From Eutreptiella sp. 'Long Island Sound 2002' (taxonomy: Eukaryota; Protista; Euglenida), in the NCBI GenBank assembly GCA_964036045.1, contig OZ038378.1, positions 173,662,001 through 173,726,000 of the forward strand: a stretch of DNA of 64,000 nt. Reading direction: 5' to 3'. Position 1 is the stretch's first letter; the number at the start of each line of letters is the position of its first letter. Both the position numbers and the translations under genes were made by a program. The notes beneath the pieces are model-generated. The model was not told the DNA's origin, searched no databases, and saw only the letters and a program-made list of their open reading frames with translations. Positions 1 to 11,338 of the stretch are shown in pieces.

Positions 1-3000
1 CGGTTACACCCGAGTCCCTCCGGTCCAGCCTGGGCCGCGGGGGGATAGGGACGCCCCGTGGGTTCGCGAGGTATTTTTCCTTCCCCCACACAGCGGCGGT
101 TACACCCGAGTCCCTCCGGTCCAGCCTGGGCCGCGGGGGGATAGGGACGCCCCGTGGGTTCACAAGGTATTTTTCCTTCCCCCACACAGCGGCGGTTACA
201 CCCGAGTCCCTCCGGTCCTGCCTGGGCCGCGGAGGGATAGGGACGCCCCGTGGGGTCGTCAGGTATTTTCCCTTCCCCCACACAGCGGCGGTTACACCCG
301 AGTCCCTCCGGTCCAGCCTGGGCCGCGGGGGGATAGGGACGCCCCGTGGGGTCGCCAGGTATTTTTCCTTCCCCCACACAGCGGCGGTTACACCCGAGTC
401 CCTCCGGTCCAGCCTGGGCCGCGGGGGGATAGGGACGCCCCGTGGGTTCGTCAGGTATTTTTCCTTGCCCCACACAGCGGCGGTTACACCCGAGTCCCTC
501 CGGTCCAGCCTGGGCCGCGGGGGGATAGGGACGCCCCGTGGGGTCGTCAGGTATTTTTCCTTCCCCCACACAGCGGCGGTTACACCCGAGTCCCTCCGGT
601 CCTGCCTGGGCCGCGGGGGGATAGGGACGCCCCATGGGTTCGTCAGGTATTTTTCCTTCCCCCACACAGCGGCGGTTACACCCGAGTCCCTCCGGTCCAG
701 CCTGGGCCGCGGGGGGATAGGGACGCCCCGTGGGTTCACAAGGTATTTTTCTTTCCCCCACACAGCGGCGGTTACACCCGAGTCCCTCCGGTCCTGCCTG
801 GGCCGCGGAGGGATAGGGACGCCCCGTGGGGTCGTCAGGTATTTTCCCTTCCCCCACACAGCGGCGGTTACACCCGAGTCCCTCCGGTCCAGCCTGGGCC
901 GCGGAGGGATAGGGACGCCCCGTGGGTTCACAAGGTATTTTTCTTTCCCCCACACAGCGGCGGTTACACCCGAGTCCCTCCGGTCCTGCCTGGGCCGCGG
1001 GGGGATAGGGACGCCCCGTGGGGTCGTCAGGTATTTTTCCTTCCCCCACACAGCGGCGGTTACACCTGAGTCCCTCCGGTCCTGCCTGGGCCGCGGGGGG
1101 ATAGGGACGCCCCATGGGTTCGTCAGGTATTTTTCCTTCCCCCACACAGCGGCGGTTACACCCGAGTCCCTCCGGTCCAGCCTGGGCCGCGGAGGGATAG
1201 GGACGCCCCGTGGGTTCACAAGGTATTTTTCTTTCCCCCACACAGCGGCGGTTACACCCAAGTCCCTCCGGTCCTGCCTGGGCCACGGGGGGATAGGGAC
1301 GCCCCATGGGTTCGTCAGGTATTTTTCCTTCCCCCACAGAGCGGCGGTTACACCCGAGTCCCTCCGGTCCAGCCTGGGCCGCGGAGGGATAGGGACGCCC
1401 CGTGGGTTCACAAGGTATTTTTCTTTCCCCCACACAGCGGCGGTTACACCCGAGTCCCTCCGGTCCTGCCTGGGCCGCGGAGGGATAGGGACGCCCCGTG
1501 GGGTCGTCAGGTATTTTCCCTTCCCCCACACAGCGGCGGTTACACCCGAGTCCCTCCGGTCCAGCCTGGGCCGCGGGGGGATAGGGACGCCCCGTGGGTT
1601 CGCCAGGTATTTTTCCTTCCCCCACACAGCGGCGGTTACACCTGAGTCCCTCCGGTCCAGCCTGGGCCGCGGGGGGATAGGGACGCCCCGTGGGGTCGTC
1701 AGGTATTTTTCCTTCCCCCACACAGCGGCGGTTACACCCGAGTCCCTCCGGTCCTGCCTGGGCCGCGGGGGGATAGGGACGCCCCGTGGGGTCGTCAGGT
1801 ATTTTTCCTTCCCCCACACAGCGGCGGTTACACCCGAGTCCCTCCGGTCCTGCCTGGGCCGCGGGGGGATAGGGACGCCCCGTGGGGTCGTCAGGTATTT
1901 TCCCTTCCCCCACACAGCGGCGGTTACACCCGAGTCCCTCCGGTCCTGCCTGGGCCGCGGAGGGATAGGGACGCCCCGTGGGTTCGTCAGGTATTTTTCC
2001 TTCCCCCACACAGCGGCGGTTACACCCGAGTCCCTCCGGTCCCACCCTGGGCCGCGGAGGGATAGGGACGCCCCGTGGGGTCGTCAGGTATTTTTCCTTC
2101 CCCAACACAGCGGCGGTTACACCCGAGTCCCTCCGGTCCTGCCTGGGCCGCGGGGGGATAGGGACGCCCCGTGGGTTCGCCAGGTATTTCTCCTTCCCCC
2201 ACACAGCGGCGGTTACACCCGAGTCCCTCCGGTCCTGCCTGGGCCGCGGAGGGATAGGGACGCCCCGTGGGGTCGTCAGGTATTTTTCCTTCCCCCACAC
2301 AGCGGCGGTTACACCCGAGTCCCTCCGGTCCTGCCTGGGCCGCAGGGGGATAGGGACGCCCCGTGGGGTCGTCAGGTATTTTTCCTTCCCCGACACAGCG
2401 GCGGTTACACCCGAGTCCCTCCGGTCTAGCCTGGGCCGCGGAGGGATAGGGACGCCCCGTGGGGTCGTCAGGTATTTTTCCTTCCCCCACACAGCGGCGG
2501 TTACACCCGAGTCCCTCCGGTCCAGCCTGGGCCGCGGAGGGATAGGGACGCCCCGTGGGGTCGTCAGGTATTTTTCCTTCCCCCACACAGCGGCGGTTAC
2601 ACCCGAGTCCCTCCGGTCCTGCCTGGGCCGCGGGGGGATAGGGACGCCCCGTGGGGTCGTCAGGTATTTTTCCTTCCCCCACACAGCGGCGGTTACACCC
2701 GAGTCCCTCCGGTCCAGCCTGGGCCGCGGGGGGATAGGGACGCCCCGTGGGTTCGTCAGGTATTTTTTCTTCCCCCACACAGCGGCGGTTACACCCGAGT
2801 CCCTCCGGTCCTGCCTGGGCCGCGGGGGGATAGGGACGCCCCGTGGGTTCGCCAGGTATTTCTCCTTCCCCCACACAGCGGCGGTTACACCCGAGTCCCT
2901 CCGGTCTAGCCTGGGCCGCGGAGGGATAGGGACGCCCCGTGGGTTCGCCAGGTATTTTTCTTTCCCCCACACAGCGGCGGTTACACCCGAGTCCCTCCGG

Positions 3001-3452
3001 TCCAGCCTGGGCCGCGGGGGGATAGGGACGCCCCGTGGGGTCGTCAGGTATTTTTCCTTCCCCGACACAGCGGCGGTTACACCCGAGTCCCTCCGGTCCA
3101 GCCTGGGCCGCGGAGGGATAGGGACGCCCCGTGGGTTCACAAGGTATTTTTCCTTCCCCCACACAGCGGCGGTTACACCCGAGTCCCTCCGGTCCAGCCT
3201 GGGCCGCGGGGGGATAGGGACGCCCCGTGGGTTCGTCAGGTATTTTTCCTTCCCCCACACAGCGGCGGTTACACCCGAGTCCCTCCGGTCCAGCCTGGGC
3301 CGCGGGGGGATAGGGTCGCCCCGTGGGTTCGCCAGGTATTTCTCCTTCCCCCACACAGCGGCGGTTACACCCGAGTCCCTCCGGTCCAACCTGGGCCGCG
3401 GGGGGATAGGGACGCCCCGTGGGTTCGCCAGGTATTATTCCTTCCCCCACAC
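1..3452. repeat. GC-rich tandem satellite, 96-bp unit, about 36 copies (runs off the left edge of the window)
   Basis: Unit CGGTTACACCCGAGTCCCTCCGGTCC(A/T)GCCTGGGCCGCGG(G/A)GGGATAGGGACGCCCCGTGGG(G/T)TCGTCAGGTATTTTTCCTTCCCCCACACAGCGG recurs at 1, 97, 481, 961 and so on (multiples of 96). Variants are substitutions plus one 1-bp insertion near 2041. The array ends abruptly at 3452. Confidence 0.97.
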
Positions 3453-4793
3453 TTGGCTTTCGGACCATCGAGGCCCCCGCCGTTGAGGCGAGGCGGCCTC
3501 CTTCGCTTTGGGACCACTGAGGCCCCCGCCGCCGAGGCGAGGGGGCCTCTTTGGCTTTGGGACCACCGAGGCCCCCGCCGCTGAGGCGAGGGGGCCTCCT
3601 TCGCTTTGGGACCATCGAGGCCCCCTCCGCTGAGGCGAGAGGGCCTCCTTGGCTTTCGGACCATCGAGGCCCCCGCCGCTGAGGCGAGGGGGCCTCCTTC
3701 GCTTTGGGACCACTGAGGCCCCCGCCGCTGAGGTGAGGGGGCCTCTTTGGCTTTGGGACCATCGAGGCCCCCGCCGCTGAGGCGAGGGGGCCTCTTTGGC
3801 TTTGGGACCACCGAGGCCCCCGCCGCTGAGGCGAGGGGGCCTCCTGGGCTTTGGGAACACCGAGGCCCCCGCCGCTGAGGCGAGGGGGCCTCTTTGGCTT
3901 TGGGACCACCAGGGCCCCCTCCGCTGAGGCGAGGGGGCCTCCTTGGCTTTCGGACCATCGAGGCCCCCGCCGCTGAGGCGAGGGGGCCTCCTTCGCTTTG
4001 GGACCACTGAGGCCCCCGCCGCTGAGGTGAGGGGGCCTCTTTGGCTTTGGGACCATCGAGGCCCCCGCCGCTGAGGCGAGGGGGCCTCTTTGACTTTGGG
4101 ACTACCGAGGCCCCCTCCGCTGAGGCGAGGGGGCCTCCTTTGCTTTCGGACACCGAGGCCCCCGCCGCTGAGGCGAGGGGGCCTCTTTGACTTTGGGACC
4201 ACCGAGGCCCCCTCCGCTGAGGCGAGGGGGCCTCCTTTGCTTTCGGACACCGAGGCCCCCGCCGCTGAGGCGAGGGGGCCTCTTTGACTTTGGGACCACC
4301 GAGGCCCCCTCCGCTGAGGCGAGGGGGCCTCCTTTGCTTTCGGACACCGAGGCCCCCGCCGCTGAGGCGAGGGGGCCTCCTTCGCTGTGGGATCACCAAG
4401 GCCCCCGCCGTTGAGGCGAAGGGGCCTCTTTCGCTTTGGGACCACCGAGGCCCCCGCCGCTGAGGCGAGGGGGCCTCCTGGGCTTTGGGAACACCGAGGC
4501 CCCCGCCGCTGAGGCGAGGGGGCCTCTTTCGCTTTGGGACCACCGAGGCCCCCTCCGCTGAGGCGAGGGGGCCTCCTTCTCTTCGGGACCACCGAGGCCC
4601 CCGCCGCTGGGGCGAGGGGGCCTCTTTGACTTTGGGACCACCGGGGCCCCCTCCGCTGAGGCGAGGGGGCCTCCTTTGCTTTCGGACACCGAGGCCCCCG
4701 CCGCTGAGGCGAGGGGGCCTCCTTCGCTGTGGGATCACCGAGGCCCCCGCCGCTGAGGCGAGGGGGCCTCCTTCGCTTTGGATTCACCGAGGC
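3453..4793. repeat. Tandem minisatellite, 48-49-bp unit with internal inverted repeat, about 27 copies
   Basis: Unit TTGGCTTTGGGACCACC-GAGGCCCCCGCCGCTGAGGCGAGGGGGCCTC-(T/C); GAGGCCCCC pairs with GGGGGCCTC in nearly every copy; the ~18-nt linker varies among a few recurring alleles. Confidence 0.96.
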
Positions 4794-4799
4794 GGGGGT

Positions 4800-5300
4800 T
4801 TGCGTGTCCCCTCCGCAGACGTGCGGCACTGCGGATTGGGGGGACACGACCGGAGGGTTAGAGGATGGCCCCGCGCACGGACACCTTCGGCAGAAGTGCC
4901 GTGCGCCGGGGGAGGGGGGGGGACCGGGCCACGGACCAAGCCCCCGTGATCCGCCGGCCAAACGCCGCCCAGTCGGTAGTACCTGGCGGCTAAGGGCCCA
5001 CACCCGTGAGACTGCGTCCCCCTTCCCTTGGGGGGGTGGTGGACCGTGCCGGAAGTGGAGCCGGCGCTCCGCCTCGCCCCCCATTCCGTGCCCCTGGGAG
5101 GGGATCCGGCTACGTGTAGGGCGGGTGCATGCACGCAGCGCGGACCAGGGGACAAGGGGAGGAGACGAAGAGGAGAGCCGCCGCCATGATGCTTAGCCGG
5201 ACGGGCTGGGGTGAAACCTCCCTCCCGGTCGCTTTCCAGACCGTGGGGGGCCGGCGGGCACCATGGGGATGTGCCGCGGGGGCGCCCTACCGGGGGACCG
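4800..5300. other. Unique GC-rich, hairpin-forming segment flanking the arrays; function unknown
   Basis: Stems CGTGTCCCC(4803-4811)/GGGGACACG(4840-4848), TCCGCAG(4812-4818)/CTGCGGA(4829-4835) and GCGCACGG(4873-4880)/CCGTGCGC(4899-4906). Ends at a (TCC)n tract near 5303. Confidence 0.5.
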
Positions 5301-8300
5301 CATCTCCTCCTCCTCCTCCTCCTCCTTGCTCGTATTGTTGTTGCATGCAAAACTATTGCAGCTTTGTTAAAAAAAAAAAAGGAGTGACAATGGCCTTTTT
5401 ACAGGTGGTGCACATGGTGCAAGTATCTAGGCATTTTAGGATTCATGGGGCAATCTTAATGGAGTGGAAAAAAGCGTAGTAAAAAGTGTGAAATAGTGGG
5501 TAATAGAAATGACGATGGGAAATTGATCCCGTCGTTCCTCGGCAACAGCCTTGAAAGGCACACACCTGTTATGCACTGTACACCCTGTGTACACTCTACA
5601 CACACTCCCCTGGTGCCGTTTAAGCTCATACAAGCCTAGGTCCCAAAGGGGCTTGAACCCTTGAAGGACCTTCTTGTGGTGTTTGCATGGCTTCAAAGAG
5701 GTGAAAAGTACCCAATGTTGGGGTACTTGGTCCAATGTGTGCACTACACAATTATTAGGGCAGTTGGGGACAACCTGGTATGAGTAGAAAGACCACAATG
5801 GGAAGTGTCCAAAGTGGGAAGTGATAGTGAAGAAAAATGTGGTTGTTCCTAAGAGAACCGCCCCCCCCGCAAGGGTGTGCGGTGCTTGCTCTGCGCAAGT
5901 ACTACCCATTTGGGGCCAAAAAAAGCCCAAGATGTTTTAGGTTTTGGGATGTATGTCCAAGAATCCCGAAGGAAGGCTCTCTAGTTGGTCCGGGAGTGGT
6001 GATGCAGTGGAGGCGTAGTATTGTACACTGATCATTTTGTTCGAAGGGACTGTATACTCGATAGGGCTGCTGTATCATATCTTGTGAGGGCATTTGTTCT
6101 TGAGATACTCCTCGAACAATAATTCATTCAGAGTTGAATTTGGTGAGAAAATAGAGTCTATGGGTGACCAAGAGCACTTGTGAGCATTTCTGTGCTGGTA
6201 CACACTTGATGGTGTGTGGAATGGCAGGTTGCTCCTCGGGGGGGGGGGCGGGTCCGCTAGCCCTTTTGCAACCCAAAGGTGGGTTGGTAGTGTCTGGTTT
6301 TCTTTGCTACTACGTGTGCCAAATGTCCAAGCAGTCTAAGATTGCTGAGGATGACACTATACTTATCTGTGATGGTGATCGTAGCATCTGGGGGGTTGGA
6401 AATGGGGACCAGTTCAGTTTTTTTGACAAAAAATTCAGCCCCAAGTATCTATTTCCAATGATTAGTCCCCCCATCCCCTGCCACCCGGTCCCCCTCTCCA
6501 ATCGGTTGGTGTACCATGGAGCCCCGCCCCCCTTTGGGACTCCCTCCTTGGCCTGTTTTGTGGCACCCTGACATCTGTTATGGGTTTGTCGTCACGTTTG
6601 CCAATTACATGGAGCCATGGACACATTTGTGAGTCTTTGCCCACTTCAACCCACATGGCTGTGAATTTGGGAATATTTGTGCTTTATATTCCCCTTTCTT
6701 GCATCAGCTCACCATGCAATCTTCTCTTTTTGAACCTATGTGTCTAGTTATTTTCACATGTTCCACCAGTGACCGTGTGGATGGTACAATGAAGGGACCA
6801 TCGGAGAAGAGGGACCAATTTGCGGTGTTGGAGTACATGAAGGGTGGGCAGATGTGTACCGGTGCATGGTCACACACCCTTGTGCCCCCCTCCCAAGAAT
6901 CGAGTTCAGGCATCTTCAAGTGGTGAGCGTGTGCAATTGTTCCGCATGGTGTATGATCGCAAGAAGGGTTTCCAAGCCGAACATTTGTAGGCTTCGCATC
7001 CTTCATTGCTTGTGCCAACATGGGTGTGAACCTGAAATTTTCATGTTCCCAAGGCTCTCTTGTGTTTGCATGCACTTGGAAATGTGGGCGGAGGTCAAGG
7101 TGCACTCATACCATGCGCATGCGCACGTGTGTGCCAGCAGTTGTATGTGTTGCGCACAAGCTACGCCCTTGTCCAAGCTACAGTGGGCGTAGGGACTGTA
7201 ATAATTCCGTACATTGGCGTAGCTTACACAAGGGGGGGGGGGGGATGACGGCCATCCACACTAGCCGCTATGGCGGTGAGTGTTGGAGAGCCGAATAATT
7301 TCGATGAGTGCAGTTTGACTTGATTTTTACAGAGGGGGTGGTGAGGAAGGTCTTGGACCTCTGGGAAAATGGGGGGAATATTGCTGCAAAAAGTGGGTAT
7401 TTCATTCCATTTTTCTGCCATTTCTTCCATTTTCCTCCTATTCCCCCATTTTTCTCCCACTCTGGAAATTGCTCCTTGATTTTCCATCCTGATCTGTTGA
7501 TTATTCCCCCCGCGGGGGGGGGGGTCCTTGTATGCGACCCGAGTTTTGAAAGATAGCGGTGCGGGGGCCATTTTTTGTCCCATGCTGAGTTGAGAGGGGT
7601 ACTATGCCTTTAGTCCTTAAGACCCTTAAGACTTTCTTCCTGGCAAAGACAAGATATCGCTATTATCACATACATACCTCTGTACCCCCATGCCTCAAGA
7701 CACCCCTTTGAGGTATGCATGTGATAGTAGTGGGTTGCGCACAGCCCCCCCCCCCCCCCCGGCCAAGCTGCCAATCCCCCCCCCCGCCACGCAAGTTTTG
7801 ACAGATAGCTCGGGGGGGGGGGGGGGGGGGGGGTTGCCTCAGGACCAGTTGTAGTTGCCCCCCGGGGGTTCCCCATTTCCCCCCATTTTTCTTCACCCCC
7901 CAATTTCCCCCATTTTTTCAGACTCCAAAATTCCGGTTTGGTGAGCTGGTGAGTTCGGTGGAGGTTAAAGCCTGGTATGATGACCATTTGTGCAGACGCA
8001 CATTTGTGGTGGCCTCCAACTATAGCAGATCCATTATTTATGTGAATGTCCGTTTATCGGGATGTCCATATTGGCATGGGATGCGCGCTTGGATAACACT
8101 CCTGATGCATTCAACAGTCACTGGCACCCGCTTTCACTGGTAGGAGGAAGCAGTGGAAAACAAAAACAGGGCTCGTCCATCCTTAGGGGTAGAAAACCAT
8201 CCCAGCTTGTGGATGCAAAGACCCAATACCGGATATTTCATTCCCACATGAGTGGAATGTAACAAAGTGAAGACATTAGTATTCCATGCTGCAGTCCGTT

Positions 8301-8471
8301 ATGGGCAGCGTCCTAAGTAACCCCTGCACGTGTCCTTGACAGATTTTCGTCATTTCGTCGGGCTCTGTCCGTATGGTCATTTTCCTCTTGCTGCAGCTAC
8401 CTTGGCCAAACCCCTCCTAGCGAACCCTTTATGAGTGTTGTTGGGGGCCATGTAATGTGTCATTTTTGTAG

Positions 8472-8946
8472 GCGCTTCGCTAAATCCGCTGTTCCTGAGT
8501 GGTATACGCTCCGCAGTCCCTACACTAATGGGTGCTTGTACGCCGACAGGAAGAAGGGAGCCCTTGGCCTCCGAAGCACCTGCGATGGTTCCGATGCTGC
8601 TGAGCTCTGGCGGTTCGAATATGACCCCAAGCAGCGCCTTGTGAACAAGAAGGCAATGCTGTGCCTCGGTGTGGGCGAGGAGGAAGGGAATGCGGAAGCG
8701 CCCCCTGTGATGCTGATTGCTTGTGATGGACGGCCGGAGCAGCATTGGATATTGGCTCCGCTGCCCAACCGGACCAGCCCGGTTGAACCACCCACCCAGG
8801 AAATCCCGCCCAACCAGCCCGCCCCTCCGAACCAGCCCGCCCCTCCCAACCAGCCCGCCCCTCCCAACCAGCCCGCCCCTCCGAACCAGCCCGCCCCTCC
8901 CAACCAGCCCGCCCCTCCAAGCTGGTGGGGGATGGGTGGCAACTAG
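8472..8946 (+). CDS. Terminal exon of a ricin-B (beta-trefoil) lectin-domain protein with a Pro-rich NQPAPP x6 tail; upstream exons not identified
   Basis: Acceptor TTTTTGTAG ends at 8471. Translation has ricin-type GCL...LWRF...LCL...CDG..EQHW (QxW) motifs, then six 18-bp repeats (8812-8919) encoding NQPAPP; stop TAG at 8944-8946. Confidence 0.72.
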
Positions 8947-9766
8947 ATTGGTGTCAGGGGGGCTGTGTAATCATGTGGCAAATCCGTTATGAGTACACAG
9001 GCATGCCGACTACTCAGCCACGCGCCCGACGCCAGCATATCACAGCACCACATGTCACCCTCTTGGCACACGGCTTTGCCTAACCAGGAGATTTGGAGGC
9101 TGGGTCCACCCCGACTGTGCGTTGATACACTGCCTCTGTGGTATTCTGCGTCTGTTTTGCTTGACTCCTGTTCTACTGGCCATGGCATTGCTGGCAGGGC
9201 AGTCCCTATCCCTTCCAGCAAAAGTGAATCCCAGTGGTCCAGGGGCACAGTGTGCTTGTTGTGCGTCACGGAACCCCAGCTTCAGTTCCTGGAGAGGGAG
9301 CACAGATTGTAATGCAGTGAATGTATGACGAAGATTTGTTAGTCCCGAGCCCGAATGAGGGTAGGGGACGGGCACAAACAAGCTACTGTTATGCGGGTTG
9401 CACTGCCACTACCCAGAGTCAGCAGCTTCCTGTCCGTCCTCGTTCCCTGGCTGAGCGGCCCAGCAGCATTCCTCTACACTCGATCTGTTTGCGTTTCCCT
9501 GCCTGCGCGCCAGAATGCTACATCGCGCAACAGATGCTGTCCTGCGTATGGGTCGTCCTCACAGTACTCAGTCGTCAAGTTTTGCTCAAACTGGGCTCCG
9601 CCGCACTTTTCTTGTGCGCCCTTGGTGCTCCAGACTTGTTGTGGCTCTGTGTCGGTCAGCAGAAGCAATCAATCAGCAATTCACAGGTAGTGTTCCCAAT
9701 GCCGCATTCAAGACAGCTAGCAAGCACACACAACTATCAATGCACATGTGGGCATGAAATCTGGGT

Positions 9767-9767
<1 letters not shown>

Positions 9768-9839
<72 letters not shown>

Positions 9840-9842
9840 GTG

Positions 9843-9890
<48 letters not shown>

Positions 9891-9961
9891 TGTGTGTGTG
9901 TGTGTGTGCGCGCGTGCGTGTGTGTGTGTGTGTGTGTGTGCGTGTGTGTGTGTGTGTGTGT
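9768..9961. repeat. (GT)n/(GCGT)n compound microsatellite
   Basis: Directly visible dinucleotide and tetranucleotide runs. Confidence 0.98.
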
Positions 9962-11338
9962 AGAGGGGTTGATTATCCTGGCAAGTCAGAAATTTCTCAG
10001 GAGAATTTCCGGGCCACAAAAAAATCGTCAGCAAGGGTGGGTGGGTGGGGTTGGCCAGGGATTCTGTTCCACAAAAATCACGAGCAATCACGTAAATGGG
10101 CTTCTCATGGTCGCCCTACATCCACCAGAACCATGAAAACCCAATTCTGTGAATAAAGAAAGCAGTGTCACAAAAAGTGCCGTGTAATGCAGGGGGCGGG
10201 TCTTGCGCACAGCGGTTCTTGGGCACGGGGGGGGGGGGGGGGTGGACTACAAGCCTGTTGCCCGTCAATTTTGGCTCAAAACTGCAATTTGATAAGGGCA
10301 CCAACAAGGCTCTAAGACTCTGGTTTGGGGGTATTAGAGCCAATTGTGGTTTGGCAGTGGCCTGAGGCACCGTGGCAGAGCCTCTGATGAATGCTCTCAG
10401 TGATGCTTATTGAGGCTGGTTTTCTGATGATGTCCGCAATGATCTCAACCCCTGTTTTCACCCCTCTTTTGCCCTATGTGAGCCAAGCCTTGTTGATACA
10501 GTAGCAACTTGTAAGGACGGGGTGGCCTTGGTCCCATGAGAGGCCCTCTGATTGAAAGATCATTTTCCTGCAACAAAAATTGGTCCATGATTTCCTTTTT
10601 ACGTGGTCTGAGCGAATCCCCCCCCCCCCCGGTATCGGCAGGTTTGGGCCAAACCTTGCCCTTACTGTCCGCAGCTTCTTCTCCCCCCCCCCCACACCCA
10701 CTTTAGCTCTTTGTGTACAAGAGAGTCGAAGGTCTTGAGCCTCCATTTATACTGCTTTCAGATGCACCATCCTTCCCACTCTGTAGGTCAGCACAAAGGA
10801 TGTCGTCCATACCCATCACCCATGGCCTACTGCAACCCACTCTACTGCCCTACAGCCACACCTTTCACAACCTTCATTCAGAACCAATCAGTCAGCCTCC
10901 TCTGGAACCCCGAGGAAGTCTGGTGTCCCATGATATGCTGTCCTGTGGACTTCTCTGCACTCACTCTTCTGCAGCGTGTGGCGTTCTGCTGAGCTATTGT
11001 GCGTGCGAGAGAGGCAGGATTAGTGGGATGTCAACATGCAATTGTCTAATGGTTAATCGAGCCCTGGGATATGATATTGCCCAGGGCCCACGGGGGGGGG
11101 GGGGGCGTCTCCTCAGTTCTGGTGCGCGACTCCCCCCCCCCTCCCTGGCCTCCGGGCCCACTTAGTTGCCAAGGGTCAATAGCTACCGGCCATACATATG
11201 GTGGTGCCAAAGGCGCCTGAAAATTTTTTTTCGTTCCCCTTGACCACGTGGCACCCCTCCCTGCCCAGGCGCTGGAGCGTGGATGGGAGGCACCCCCCCT
11301 TGCCCATGTGGCACCCCTCCCTACCCAGGCGCTAGAGG

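Noticed and set aside
1-3452. Self-cleaving ribozyme in the 96-bp unit (twister-like CCGGTCC-AGCCTGG...GCGGAGGG and CGGTTACA-CCCG; HDV-like GTCCC/GGGAC pseudoknot; hammerhead-like CTGACGA and GAAA on the minus strand)
   Set aside because: Twister lacks the UAA cleavage bulge, P2 partner and full L4 loop. The HDV-like mapping lacks the catalytic C in J4/2. Hammerhead stems I and III cannot form. An Infernal/RNArobo scan would settle it, but the motifs are incomplete by eye.
465-3486. 654-aa and 502-aa ORFs made of a 32-aa repeat (and the antisense 678-aa ORF)
   Set aside because: The unit is 96 bp (a multiple of 3) and GC-rich, so several frames on both strands are open. By hand count only about a quarter of distinct variants are synonymous in the long frame, as expected for neutral DNA, and a frameshift near 2041 is tolerated.
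3453-4793. CRISPR array (palindromic repeat plus spacer)
   Set aside because: Linkers are only ~18 nt, mutually similar and recurrent rather than unique; there are no cas genes and the context is eukaryotic.
3365-5084. Long minus-strand ORFs (457 aa, 549 aa)
   Set aside because: They are translations of the 49-bp repeat cycling through frames, with no domain and no credible start.
5400-7250. Degraded coding-like sequence, possibly a transposase or viral remnant
   Set aside because: Fragments are broken by stops in all frames and no diagnostic motif could be matched with confidence.
9055-9670. Possible RT remnant on the minus strand (YCEDD; SGSGLTNL)
   Set aside because: Only faint resemblance to YADD and GGLGL motifs, with poor spacing.
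9321-10156. ORFs with CVCVCV/HTHTHT runs (also 47020-47821 and 62893-63171) and poly-G/V/H ORFs near 60 kb
   Set aside because: Artefacts of (GT)n and (GGT)n microsatellites.
10380-10450. Possible box C/D snoRNA (TGATGA...CTGA)
   Set aside because: The boxes are only ~40 nt apart, with no terminal stem or evident rRNA-complementary guide; such hexamers occur by chance.
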